A stretch of 54,634 nucleotides of DNA, filler included, from Streblomastix strix (GCA_008636045.1; 3 parts of 3 records of this genome joined end to end with filler, not necessarily neighbours in it); one strand, 5' to 3'; positions 33,780 through 46,833 are shown, counted from the first letter of the whole stretch. Notes: generated from the letters alone by a model not told the origin. Translations and numbers: made by a program.

Positions 33780-34844
33780 TTCCATCCAGAATTGAATCTG
33801 TTGAATCTTAGATCAAGCTTGCACTTGCTCACCATCAGGAGAATCTTTTTATTTTTCCATCCATTTCACTTTCAATTATTTTCACAAACTAAAAATAATT
33901 TTAATTCAGCTTTTTAATAAAATTAGTTTATTGTAATAAGACAAAAATAATAAATTATGTTGGTGATCAGCTCAAAAGGAAAGAAATAAACTTTATTTAT
34001 ATCACTTTTTGAAAGTTCTTATTCTAATTCTTTGATATATCTTTTTAGATGTAATTTCAGTAAATAATTCATTTCTTATCATTATCTTCTTCATTCTTAT
34101 ATTTAATGTCTTCTTTTTCTTTTTCTTTCTCTTAATGTTGTTCGATTAAATATTTCATCTTTTTATCATCATCTAATTATTTTCCTTTTCTTATTCTTTT
34201 TCTTATTGATTACTATTTTCTTTTATCCAAGTTTATTATTGTTTTTTTATATCACGAACCTTATTAAGAATTTGATCTGTCTTAATCCGATCTTATGGAT
34301 CCTAATTAATATAAAAAATATTGCAAAGTTAATTATTATTACACGGTAAAAATATTATATATAAATATAATGCAAACTGGTTTAAGCATCTCTTTGATTA
34401 GATTTCTCAAATAATCTGGATATTTCAAGAGCTTGTCAATCTCTTCAATAATTAAATAATAAGCTATATCATTTGATGGTGCATCGCGCTTCTGAAATAA
34501 ATAATTAAATGAATAAAATAGTAAATAATATAATAATTAATAATAAAATAAATAATAAAATAAATAATAAAAAGAATAATTTTTCATACAATATTATGAA
34601 GGAGAGGATGTTCCTTTATAAGTAATTCAACTATAATAATGCCCATACTCCAAATGTCATTTGATAATTGTAAATTAACTCTATAAATAATGAAAATATA
34701 AGTTAAAAAGAATGAAAATATAAGTTAAAAAGAATGAAAATATAAGTTAAAAAGAATGAAAAAATAAGTTAAAAAGAATGAAAAAATAAGTTAAAAAGAA
34801 TGAAAATATAAGTTAAAAAGAATGAAAATATAAGTTAAAATGAA

Positions 34845-34884
<40 letters not shown>

Positions 34885-35206
34885 AATATATTTTACACAT
34901 ACGAATCACTTGAATTAGCATTATTTTTTGATCCAAATCCATAATACACTGATTTATAAACAAAATTAATTGAATATGATATAAAAATTTAAAAATATAT
35001 CTAATTTTATTGAAAAACAAACTTAATTATATTCCCATGTCTGGAAATAACAAAATATTTTCTGGAGTTAAATTTCTATGACATATTCCATTTATGTGCA
35101 ATTGGTTAAGCCGCAATGTAAGTTCTTCAATAAAGTTAAGTATATCCTATAATTAATATAATAAATTATTATTATTAATAATAATAATAATAATAAGGTA
35201 AAATAA

Positions 35207-35253
<47 letters not shown>

Positions 35254-36423
35254 GGTAAAATAAAATAATAATAATAATAATAATAATAAGGTAAAATAAA
35301 ATAATAATATAAATTTATTTTTTCTTAATGAATACATTCAAGCTTATTTATTCTTCTTTTTCTTTCATTTGATTAATGTACTACCGCAAATTTTGACATA
35401 CACTACATTAAAATTATATCTAGCCCTTTGTTCCATTTAATGAAAGAAACAATCTTTATGGTCTAACAAAATAAGTTTGAGGAGATGAAGCAGACGAAGG
35501 ATTAATTTAGATTTTACAAATGTTATATATTTCAATCATTGATGTAAATTCACTCAAGATGCCATCTAAATGCCCTTCACAATAAATATCTATATATTAA
35601 TATTATGATTAGTCTTGACAAATTTTTATTGGACCTGGGGAAGAAGCTGAAGGAGAAATGGCATTTTATGGACATTGATGATATAAAGTTTAAGATGAAG
35701 GAGATGAAGTTGGAGAAGGAAAAGATGTGTTTGAAGTTTATTATTGTATGCTAATGCTATTTCCCTGAAATAAATATTTATATATAAACAATTATAATAA
35801 TTATAAAATTAATTCTTTATAAAATCTTTATTTTAACCTCTTCTGTGGCCAACCATTACAACAATCCTGGAAGAATCTCAAGAGTTTACACAACTATCAT
35901 TCGCCCACCATTATAATTTTAGCTTCTAAGCGAATGATTATTTATATCGCCAATTCCAATAAAGTCAATTTGAACTCCCATCTATTCAAGTTCATCACAT
36001 TCAATTAATGCATCAATATTTGAATCGCAAATAACAAAAACAATTATTCTCTTATTATCATCCAAATATTATTTAAACAATTCAACGGCTTTTTGAAGAG
36101 CAATTTTTATGTTATTTCCTTTTCCATTTTATCTTTCTGGTGTTTTTATATATCGGCTTTATTATCGAGCAAATATTACATTTACTTAGTCTGAATATGA
36201 TATTACAGATATAAATGCTCCTTTTTAATTCTGAATACGAATGAATTCATTTTCAATGTTTACCAAATATTAATGTTATTCATCTTATATTGAATTGGAT
36301 CCATCAGAAATAAGGATTGTATGTTATTTTAAGTTGCCTTAAACTTAATCAGAATCACGATTATCAATTCTTCCTTATTCATTTTATTATTTTAGATTCA
36401 TATTAACAATTAAATCATGGCAT
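33780..36423 (-). pseudogene. vWA domain + protein kinase-like gene, frameshifted
   Basis: vWA: TILISDGSNS, ISVISYSDQVNVIF, GNNIKIALQKAVELF, RIIVFVICD. Kinase: GICHRNLTPENILL, SNDIWSMGIIIVELL, DPQDRIKTDQIL. A frame change occurs just before HRN. Confidence 0.65.
34688..34846. repeat. 22-bp minisatellite (~7 copies), intronic, followed by (TA)n
   Basis: Unit AATGAAAATATAAGTTAAAAAG repeated in tandem. Confidence 0.9.
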
Positions 36424-36523
36424 NNNNNNNNNNNNNNNNNNNNNNNNNNNNNNNNNNNNNNNNNNNNTTAATTAATTAANNNNNNNNNNNNNNNNNNNNN
36501 NNNNNNNNNNNNNNNNNNNNNNN
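36424..36523. other. Artificial contig-joining linker
   Basis: 44 N + TTAATTAATTAA + 44 N. Confidence 0.98.
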
Positions 36524-37136
36524 ATATTGAAATTTATGATAATTTACCTATGGCTTTTAGTGGAAATCATGGAATAATAAAATAAATTAGGACCAGCTTT
36601 AAAAATATATCAATTCATTACTTTAGGATGGAAGTTCAAAAATCAGATAATGATAAGTTCCTAAATGAATTGGATGACCTAGTCAATACCATATACCAAT
36701 AGAACTGTATATTTTTGTCGTGGAACTTTTCACCCGACGACTTTATAGGGTGTCGGCCCCAAAAGGGCCAACGGACAATTAGCTAAAAATATCCATACTT
36801 TCAAGGGACATAAAAGTGTCGCTAGACTTTTAGGGGTAGTGTCTAATTTAGGCACAATACATTCAATCAATAACGTAATCACTTGCTTTAAGTCCATAAA
36901 CGTAAGGACAACAGCTTTAATCTTTTAATACTATAGACTTGGTGCGTATGCCAGTAATGCCATTATTTTGTGTTTCTATTTTTGAAATAATATGGTTCTT
37001 TTATCCAAGTCTCATATTAGTCGCCTTCGTTATCGTTCCACTTCCAATGTTATCCACTATATTTTATTTACTTATTTTAGTCGTTTTCTAATTGACACCC
37101 TTTAATTTTATTTTTCCTTTTCTCCTACCTTGAGAT

Positions 37137-38676
37137 GAGGTCGGCTAATTAAGTTGAAGCTCGAGTGCCCTTTTTGTATCTCATTAAAAGAAATATATTA
37201 ATTGAATTTATACATGCAAAATTCAATTATAACAAATACTCTTTTTTGCCCTCCTAGTCGAGATCAAAATAATAAATTTTCAAACAAAAGTTTCTCAATT
37301 AGTACTATGTTTTTTTACAAAATAAATTTTTTATTTAAATCATATTTAATAAATTTTAAAAAAAAATTTACTTTAAATTATTTAATGAACATTCGATGTT
37401 TTAAATAGCTTTCTATTGAATATTTTGAAATTTTATATAATAATCCTATTAATGTATAATTTTTATATCAAAAATTTTAATTATATATCATTGTTAGCTT
37501 ATTTAAATTATAAACAATATCTATTATTTTGGGTTGCAGCAGAAATTCTAGGATGAAAAAAATAATGAAAAAGTTCGATCATTTATGATGATTAATAAAA
37601 TATTTTTACTTTATTTTTTTTGTAAAATGAATTATTATTTATAGTTGTTTTAATTTATTATATTTTTTAACTAACTTAAATAGGTAGGTCATTTTAAATT
37701 GTCCTAGAATGTGTCGATGTAAGGCACGATTCTGTTGCGAAAACCCTGGACATTATCTGAATCCTTGGCAGTATTATTGGAATGATATCATCAGGCGTTA
37801 TTATATGCACATTTGTAGCACTACGCGTAGTGATGGCATTTATGTCGGAGCTTATAGCATTCATCTACTCATTTGTGGGACTCGCTGCTATTTTTATCAG
37901 TTTTAGGAACTTCTTCAGTGGAGATGAGCCTGCGGGTGTCTTCGCGTTATGCCTCCACCGTTTTGAATGCAATTTTGTCACATTTATTGGAGCAGTAACA
38001 TTCACAGGGCCTCTGATTGCATATTGCAAGTAGGCATTTCAATGCTAAATTCATAATCAGAATGGAATACAACAGCAACTGAGCTAATGATTAACAATCT
38101 CTCTCAAATATATTCTGGTGCACATGTAGGATCATCTTGTGCTATACTATCATATATATTATACCATGCTATGAACGGATCTTATATATTTGCTATTCAG
38201 AGTGGTTTTACAGCAGGTTCAGGAAGTGCTCCAACTGTTGCAGTTACGTAGAAAACATGCATTTATTTACAAAGTTACTGCCTACCTAGTTGTAGGAAGA
38301 CTCTAAGAATATGTGAATTTATTGTTGGCTGACGCCCATGTCCTATTTGATATTAAGATTGAAAAGGACAAGATCAACAAAGATTTTTCAACTAAAAATG
38401 TATTTATTAATAATTCTATATTAATTACTGAAATTTTGGAATCATTTTACATATTATTTTATTATAACATCAAAATCAATAAAGCAATCAATTAATTAAA
38501 TAAAAAATTACGATTTTTTTTTAAAAAAAAACGGATTTTTCTTTATTTAAGTATAATAAATCTATGTTAATATAATAGATTTGTATTATGTTTAAATTAA
38601 AAAAGTGATTTTTCTTAAAATATTATAAAATGGGCACTTTTACAATAAAAAATCTTGGAAATTATTAGCTGACCTC
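37137..38676. mobile_element. 1540-bp non-autonomous TIR DNA transposon inserted in polB (Sola-like termini)
   Basis: TIRs GAGGTCGGCTAAT (37137) and ATTAGCTGACCTC (38676), 12/13 identical. Flanks AGAT/ATAT suggest a 4-bp TSD. An AGTGCCC subterminal motif occurs at both ends. Removing it restores APKNYYIKVGEK. Confidence 0.88.
37709..38333 (+). pseudogene. Degenerate gene fragment carried inside the TIR element
   Basis: GC-richer coding-like island (FECNFVTFIGAVTFTG; SEWNTTATELMINN; IQSGFTAGSGSAPTVAV) broken across frames. No transposase motif recognised. Confidence 0.4.
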
Positions 38677-41600
38677 ATATAATAATTTTTAGGCGCTAAT
38701 GCTATCATTTCTGTTCCTTCATTTTCGATAGCTAAACCTAGAACCTTTTTTTCGTCCAATAAATTATTTTTAATAGTCGGGAAGTAGTATTTTGCATTAT
38801 CCTCATAGAATTATTTATCTTTAATCACATGGTTAAATTATTATAAATATCCAGCGTCAGCTAATCCACTAACAGCCCAATAAGCCGAATCAGTATCTCC
38901 TTCCAAGTAGTGCACTTTATCCATGTCAAAAGCTTTATGCATAAAATTATATATGAAATTTATGTAATGATATTTTGCATTATCCAAAACAAAATATGCC
39001 TCCTATAAGGGTGTTTTACAAGTGCAAGTCTCAGGTTTTAATTATACCGCGTATGAATCCGGGGATAATTATTACTCATCCATAAACGTATTCGATAAAT
39101 GGGCCTTTAATGCTTCCTTTTAATCCATGACTTTAATTTCGGTATATTTTTCTGTGTTCATTCCATCGGATCCATATGAGGAGTTCATAGTAATTTTACA
39201 AAATTATTCTAATACTTTATTTCCCTCTATTTTCGCATAAATTCTCTTGTCTATAGATTCCTTGACGAACGGATTAAATCCATCATGCTTATTAAATAAA
39301 ATTAATTGCTTTACATCACCTATAATAAAGTGGCAGTCATCAATTAGGAATCATAGATAGTAAGAGCTAAAAGAAATAAATTCCCCCATCGTTGATAATA
39401 AATTAGTTAATTTTCGTTATTTTTGGTCTGTTTTAATACTGTTATTTTTCATATGATTATACATGTAGGACCCCATAGTATCCTCATTAGTGGTATAGCT
39501 ATAACTTCTTAAAATAGGGGGGAAATTATTAAAATCATTAATGTATTTTTCGTCAACGTTTCCCTTTATCTCTGCTATAAATAACTAATCCCTTCCACTA
39601 ATTATATCCATTATTTTATCCTTATTATCTGTTCGGCTAATGTTGGAGCCAGCCATAGACATTTTACCACCTGTATATTTGATAAATTTATGCTCCACTG
39701 ATGACATAGCACTAGGATATAGAGAATTGAAATGAACGCCGACTATATGAGAAATTACATTATTTGACGTTTGAACATGAACCTTTTTATCAATGGGATC
39801 ATATTTAAATTATTTTATTACGACTTTGCCTGCGATATTTTACCTACGCATGACGTTAGATAGGCCACCAGTTATTCCACTTCTAATTAATTTATAATCA
39901 TCTATATTTGTTAAATTAGTGAGGAGACATTTAAGCATGCAAAATCTTCTAAGCTATTTAAATAATCTACTAATATTTTTATCTTTATATGAATATTATT
40001 TATTGCAATTTAAACAACAGGGTTAAACGTTATCTTTTGTATGAGGTAAACCATTATTGAGCCGGTCAAGTGATGGGCGGTTACTGAAAGTAAATTTATC
40101 CCCACAAATGGCACATGCTGACAATTCGAGTAATTGCTTAAAATAATCGTAATCATTGACGGAAACATTATTTGTTGGGTCTCTCTTTTTATTTTGGTTT
40201 TGGAATCTATATTCATCCACTTTATATTTCCAATAGCTGGAATATAAAATGAATTTATTTGTCTTGTCTTCAATGGGGGGATAATTAGCATTTATATCGA
40301 CATCTTTATTGATTAATGCATATTTGATAGAGTTTGCACAAGCAGCAATGGACATAAAGTTAAACATATCAGTTTTTATATTTGAAATTTATTTATTTTA
40401 AATTGTATATTGATGCTATCATTATTTTTGTATCCTGTTCATTATAATACTGTAAATATTCCCACCTTTTTCTTTACATCGTCTAAATAATTTTTATAAT
40501 CGTCCTCTTTCATCGATGAATTCTTTAGCGTTGAATTGAATTCGTCAATGGGGAATGGCTCAGATAAATTATGAACCTCATTGAAGTTATCAGTGTTAAT
40601 ATAATCATATGGAATTACGCCTTTTTCGTTGCCTTCAATAGAACCTCCAAAATTCTTTGCAAAATCCTTCAATGTCATCGGCTGAACATAGACCATTATA
40701 TCGCAGAATTTTAATTTAAATTATGAGTGCCTATGTTTAACGATGATGGATTTGGCTTATAATGAGCTGTCAATATAACTCTTAATTTCCCAGTCTGAAG
40801 ATTATAGATTTTTAAATATTAATGCAAAATCGAACTTTGCGCTATTGAATCCAACGATGAAGATTTCATTTGTGGTTAAATCATTTATGGTTTTATCGTC
40901 ATACTAATTGTCAAGGCTAATTTATTCCGCTTCTATAAATATTTATTTGAGCCATATATTTATGAAATCAACGCAATTTTTCAAATCATAGAAAATCGTT
41001 TTTATACCTTATTTGTTCTTAATTGTTGAGGCTACAGAAATGGGAACCAATTATGATAATTATTTGCTTGATTTTCCGAAATCTTTATTAATTATTTTCT
41101 CTACTGTTTCAAAATCATAAGTGATATAGTATTATGTAGGCTAAAATTCATTCTCTCGATTATTTGCCAGTAAATATTAATAAATTTTATTCTACATTAT
41201 ATGGGGGCAAAAAGGTCTTTGGACTGCTTCCAATTTAATTTCTTTGACTATTTTACCTTCGTTAATTTCACATTTCTTAATGTGTTTCTCATATTGCGCA
41301 ACGAAATGAGGGTCTTTAGGGTCATATGCTTTTTATTTACAGAAGGGGCAAAATTTTAATCCTTTTAAAGTTTCTTTATTCGAGATATAAAAGCGTGGGT
41401 AAGGGTTGCGGCTTAATCATCTTTGGCTTCATCAATTAATACGTTAAAGTCAGGAACTACAACGGGCTTATTAACCAATTCCTTACTGGATTCATCTGCT
41501 GCTTCATTAACGTCTTCATAATATTTATACACTTTTGACTGATAATATGTTTAACTTTCCACTGAATAACTATATTTATTTACATTAATTTTCTCCTTTA

Positions 41601-43002
41601 AAAACGAATTCATCGATTTCTGTTTCAATATCAAATCCAGTGAAATCATTGAGCCATTTTTGAAATTAATTGTCATCTGTTTTATATGGTAATTCATAAA
41701 ATTTAGCCATATGTTCTTTTGCCATGTGCTCCCGTGAATATTCTTTAATTCTTTTCTCCGCACTGTCGGGATATTTAAATAAATTATAAGCATAAAACCA
41801 GCATATATTATATTTGCATCTTGTCGTTCTTAAACAGTTTTTGCGCCTTTTCAAATGAAAGTCAATTAATTCCTTAATGCTGTCGCCTACGTGAAATTGT
41901 GATAGTTTGAACGTTTTATCATCATTGAATAAATCGCTATGAAACGTTATTTCGTGTTATCTAAATTAAAGTTCTACATTTCAATTATTTCACATTTTAC
42001 ATATTATTTATATTCCTCGACATCTTAATTATTAATGATTGATTTGGGGTGTGCTTTTATGTCCTTGCTTTATTGGGCCTAATGTTGCCGTATGACACTG
42101 ATAGATGCCAATTTTTGTCTCAATTTTGCTCCTCATAAATCACTCCAAAATCAAAGGTAATTTTAAATGCTTTATGGTTTAATTTTTCATAGACATCATC
42201 AATAAATTTATTTATCTCACCTAAAGAATAAATGAAATTATTATAATATGTGTTGCTTATTTCACCTTCAATATCTGTCTCAAAATGATACCCTTTACGT
42301 GCTTCACCAACTGCTTCAATAAATTTATCCCCCTATTTATGGTGGGAAATAAAGCAAGGTGTTAGACCAGTTATTTTCAATTTCTTTGACTTCACCGTTA
42401 TTGTACTTATTAAATTTATCCATTATTTCTTCGTTCTATATTATATCATTGTATATTTATGGAAGAACGAAATTGCGTCTGGTCTCGCTAAAGTTCTCAG
42501 GTCTTGTGAATTAAATTGTTTCGCTAAGCAAACGCTATTGGATCTATTAATCGTATTCCTATTATGCCTGTTCTTATTATTGTTCGCGTCTATATTCAAG
42601 CAAATCGTATTCATATTAATTTTAATGGAAATAATTGATTTGGTTATTTTATTCTTTTTGTTGCTGCTATTATTGTTGTTATTGTTGCTATTATTAAAAT
42701 TGTAATTGTTAAGCTTCAGCCACTTACCGCTAACGCACATTATTTGCAAAAGTTGTTAATTGGGTTAAATTATTTCTTCCTCTTTTGGGTAATTTAATTA
42801 ATCTAATATTTGATTTGGTTATTATTTTAGTACTGAGACTCTTATGCGGCGATTTACATTATTTTATCCAACGATTTCAAGCATTAACAAAATTTCTTTC
42901 TTCTTTAGGTATAACATATTTATTATAAATTAAAAAATTAAAAAAATAAATTTAATTTGGATAAATTAATTATGTTATATAAGGAAATAAAAAAATAAAA
43001 AA

Positions 43003-43034
<32 letters not shown>

Positions 43035-43065
43035 AAATAAAATAAAATAAAATAAATTAAAATAA

Positions 43066-43405
43066 TTAATGTAGCCTATCAATGGTTTCATCAATGTTCA
43101 AATATAATTCTTAGTTTATGGTATCAAATTCATTTTTCAATTCTGGATATGAATAATGCAAAACATCAATGATTTCTTTATCTTTATATAGCCGTTATTT
43201 GAATATTTTTTATCTAATTTTATGCTTCATCAATAATTACATTAATTTATTTCCGTTTTTCGGTCAATTTATGAAATCCAAAAGCTAAATATTCTTGTGT
43301 ATGTTTATCTGGGTTAATTATCTAATCTTAATAAGCTTCAATCTTTCTGATACAGTACGAATAATCTATTGCTGCTTATTTGTAATAATCGATTTTCTTG
43401 TTCAT
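43066..43405 (-). pseudogene. Small Polinton ORF, frameshifted
   Basis: ATG 43405 MNKKIDYYKQAAIDY..., continuing in another frame as DKEIIDVLHYSYPELKNEF. Confidence 0.5.
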
Positions 43406-43438
43406 TTATGATTGATAAAAATATATTAATTAATGGAA

Positions 43439-44899
43439 TCACTAAAATTAAATTTCTAGCAGTAAATTATTATACATATCACAATATTATGTCGGTATCT
43501 TACGGCCAAAGTTATCGTATAACGTAAATACAACTGACATATTTTAGCAGTTTAAACACTCTTACGACATCAAATTTTATCTCCATTAAACAGGTGCAAC
43601 AACCAAGTTCGATTTGAAGCATAAATTATTGAACCCATTACCTCCGACTGTCTCCATCTTTATTCCTTTCAATTAATTATTTACGCATATAATTAATATC
43701 TATGGGTACTCAATAAAATTACCTATAAATGGACTGAATATTGGCAGCTCAGGAATCAAACTATTAGCAGAAAATTTAGTCTTATAAAACCATGTTTCTA
43801 AATCAATCTGTTTAATTGATGATGCGAAATTAACTAATTAGTTTGCTTTATTCTCATTTAATCCATCATATTAATCTAATGCCCAGCTAATTAAGCATAT
43901 AAATTTGGCGATAATATTATTTTTTTAGCATTCCAATTAATATGCTCAACTACTGCATATTCACTAACAACTTCCGCAAAGAATTATCCATAAAAACCAG
44001 TCCTTCCAACAGCAGTATAAATATCAGTCCATTCTTAGGTGGTAGGAGCTGGCAGAGAGCATATTATTCTCAAGGGGAAAGTATTTATATTATTGGTTAT
44101 TTATTGCATGGGCTATTATTAAACATCAATTGGCTGGTCATCTGATATTGTTATCGCGCCCGCTGAACTAATATTTATCCGCTTACAAAATAACTAACGA
44201 ACGGATAATGCATTTGGTGCAAGTGGTTCAATAGAAGTTATAAAGTTATTTGTAGTTGGACAATATAATCGGATCAATCCAATTGTTCGATAAGAGACGC
44301 CGTTGCTATAGTCCATTATCCAATAGTGATAAAGTAATGCGTCAATTCTTAAATTTATGTAATTTATCGCTGAACTTACTATATCCTGTCAATAATTTGT
44401 ATTTAATGAAAATTAATTTTTTGATAATTTTTTATGTGTGTTCATTCTGGAGATTATTGAAGCAAATAGCGCCTCGGTTTGTTGTAGATTATAATTTGAA
44501 ATATTTTTCTTATCCGTCTATGAAATTAATAAACTAAGAAACTTAAACAGCAAGCAATTATGGAACGTATTTATATCTCTGATTATCTTAGTCATCAACA
44601 TATTAATTATTTATAGCAATATTTAAATTTAGCCTGATAGGGGGCAACTCCGTTAATGTTTATAATGAAAAGAAACCATTTCCATTATCCTGCTAATAAC
44701 ATATTTTCCTATTGGGTGTTGAAATTATATTGTGCTATATTTCTATATAATCACTGTTCAAATAATAGGTTAAATTTATCGGGATATTATTAATGCAATT
44801 TATTTGAAATGCATTATAGCCACAGGGTATGGTGGTCTTCCATGAAACGAAATCTTCATCTGAATCAGAGCTAATAATTTATAAGCCAATGTTTAACAT
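43439..44899 (-). pseudogene. Candidate minor capsid (penton-like) protein, frameshifted
   Basis: ATG 44899. Beta-rich composition. The C-terminus SVVFTLYDNFGRKIP...NLLLEIQFQ* fits the penton pattern h.h.L.D..G..h. Several frame changes. Confidence 0.45.
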
Positions 44900-44987
44900 T
44901 TATATAAAGTAAAAATAATACATTAATAGATTCATTATGCAAAACTTATTTTTGCCACCGCTTGCGGCTGGAATTACATTGATGAAT

Positions 44988-45215
44988 TCATTTTCCTCTT
45001 TCATTCAATAATTCGATTAGTTTCATATCTGCATTTTAGCTATTTTCTTAGGCTATAGATATGATTTATTTTTGCTCTTCCAACTTCAGACACTTATTAA
45101 ATTGTCTCTATAAAAATCGATGTTCAATTTCTCGGTCTGATTTCGTGGCAAAAGAAACTAAAGAACTTAGGAATGAATTATAGTCCATAAATTCCTCACA
45201 TGATATTTTAATCAT
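44988..45215 (-). CDS. Small Polinton hypothetical protein (75 aa)
   Basis: Open ATG..TGA under TAR=Gln: MIKISCEEFMDYNSFLSSLVSFATKSD...LLNERGK*. Confidence 0.55.
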
Positions 45216-45374
45216 TTATTTAAAATAAAAATAATATTTCAATTATGTTTTAGAGCTAAAATTTGAGTTGTGAGAAGAATAAGACTAGATATAAAAATCA
45301 TAATATCAATGGTTTCCATTTGTTTCAAATTAAAAAATAATATTATCATTAAAATATTTTTAAATTCATTTAAA

Positions 45375-46334
45375 ATGTCCGCAAAATCAAAATCAAAAAC
45401 AGCTTCACTATAAACAAGATCAACATCAAATACCTAGCAATAATCTAGTAGTTCGTCAAGTACTTCAGATTCTCGTTTAAGAGACGGAAAAATATTCAAG
45501 ACAGACACAGAGATTTTATAATTATACAAATAAACACACTCGTTGAATAAAACAGTTATGGACCCACATACAGGTAAGAAAAGTATTTTGAAATAATAAA
45601 ATGACATCGTATCCTAGACGGGAGGATTAACTACGCAAGAGAGGAAATATTTAAATCTAATGTATTATGACATTAACCCAATGAGACATGAAGAAGTTGA
45701 GGACCCCCGCATAAGTACAGAAAGGCCTGCCACGACTTATAGCTATGCATATATTCCTTACAATCTTAGTGACGTCCAAAATTTACCAGCAAATCATACT
45801 GGAAGCATGCAGCTACCCAAACCTCAATAAATAAAAGAAAACATAAAAGAAAAAGAAAAGCAAATATATAGTGGTAGCTCAGACGAGGATGGGATAGGAA
45901 CACAAATAGGATTAGAGATTCCAGTTGTTAATTTTACAGATTTATAATAAGTTGAAAATATGATATAATAATTAGCATAATAAGCATAAAATAATTTGAT
46001 GTAAGGTAAAATTTTATAAGTGGCAAATAAAGAAACATTAAATCCCTTAGAATATTAAATAGGCGCTTTAGATTGGGGGAACGTGCCACTTAATGCAAAA
46101 TATACAAATAACCCTTATCAATTAAAAGACTACTAATATTATATGAACTAGGGAGGGATGCCATCTCTAAGGTAAAAATAATAAGTTCTAACAAAAGGAA
46201 GTAAAGTTAATCAGTCAAAAGAAAGAAAGAATTATATTAAAAGAAGCTAATTAAAAAAAATCTGTTGCCGCATAAGAAAAGCTAAAAAAATATAGCAAGA
46301 AAAATAAGTAATGAAATCATTCAGTTCATACTGA
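45375..46334 (+). CDS. Polinton hypothetical protein (319 aa) with basic N- and C-termini
   Basis: Uninterrupted 960-nt ATG..TGA frame with many TAR=Gln codons: MSAKSKSKTAS...KERKNYIKRSQLKKICCRIRKAKK. Confidence 0.7.
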
Positions 46335-46344
46335 TTCATCAATC

Positions 46345-46793
46345 ATCTCCATCTTCCCTTCCATTATTTCTATTATTTTAATTAAATCCTCATTTGATAA
46401 AACAACTTTATTTAGCATTTTTAGGCCGATGATTATAACTCAGAAATTCTAGATTTAAATACTTTCTATTTTTCTCTCAAACGTTGTTTAAATTATTTAC
46501 GTTGTAATCTAGCCATATCATTAGCCTCTTCTTCAGTGTAACATTTTCGTGGCCTACCTTGTCTTGGTGTTGCGGGCCTGCCGATTGGAGCCTCCATTAA
46601 CGGTTCCATTTATGGTTCTATTTATGGCTCTATTTATGGTTCCGTTGGTGGCTCTATTTATGGTTCCATTGATGGTTCCATTACTGGCTCCTCAATTGGA
46701 TTCACGTTTATTTTCATATTTTTTACATAATTTTTACTTGGTTTTTTTTCTCTAAAATTGGCTTTTCGTTTTGTTCAATTATTTTACCTTCCA
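46345..46793 (-). pseudogene. AT-hook / basic-helix DNA-binding protein with EPxx repeats
   Basis: EPVMEPSMEPQIEPPTEPQIEPQIEPQMEP (12-bp repeats) then RQGRPRKCYTEEEANDMARLQRKQFKQRLREK. Frameshift in an A-run near the 5' end. Confidence 0.65.
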
Positions 46794-46833
46794 TTAATTA
46801 ATTGATAAAAAATAAAAAATTAAAAAAAATTAA

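Larger units (their letters stand above)
36863..42917 (-). pseudogene. Protein-primed family B DNA polymerase (pPolB), inactivated and split by a transposon
   Basis: ExoI YDFET, ExoII GFNSAKFD, ExoIII YYNEQD. Motif A VHFNSLYPS (catalytic D>H), motif B KITMNSSYG, motif C EGDTDS. APKNYY at ~38680 resumes at 37132 as KVGEKEK.KLKGV...QSCCPYVYGL..ID*. Frameshifts and in-frame TGAs at 39351 and 42877. Confidence 0.93.

Noticed and set aside
34688..34846. Regular direct repeats resembling a CRISPR array
   Set aside because: Head-to-tail minisatellite without spacers, inside a eukaryotic intron. No cas genes.
36524..36860. Plus-strand open frame converging on the polB stop
   Set aside because: Probably the 3' end of another Polinton gene, but it is truncated and has no recognisable motif, so no product was assigned.
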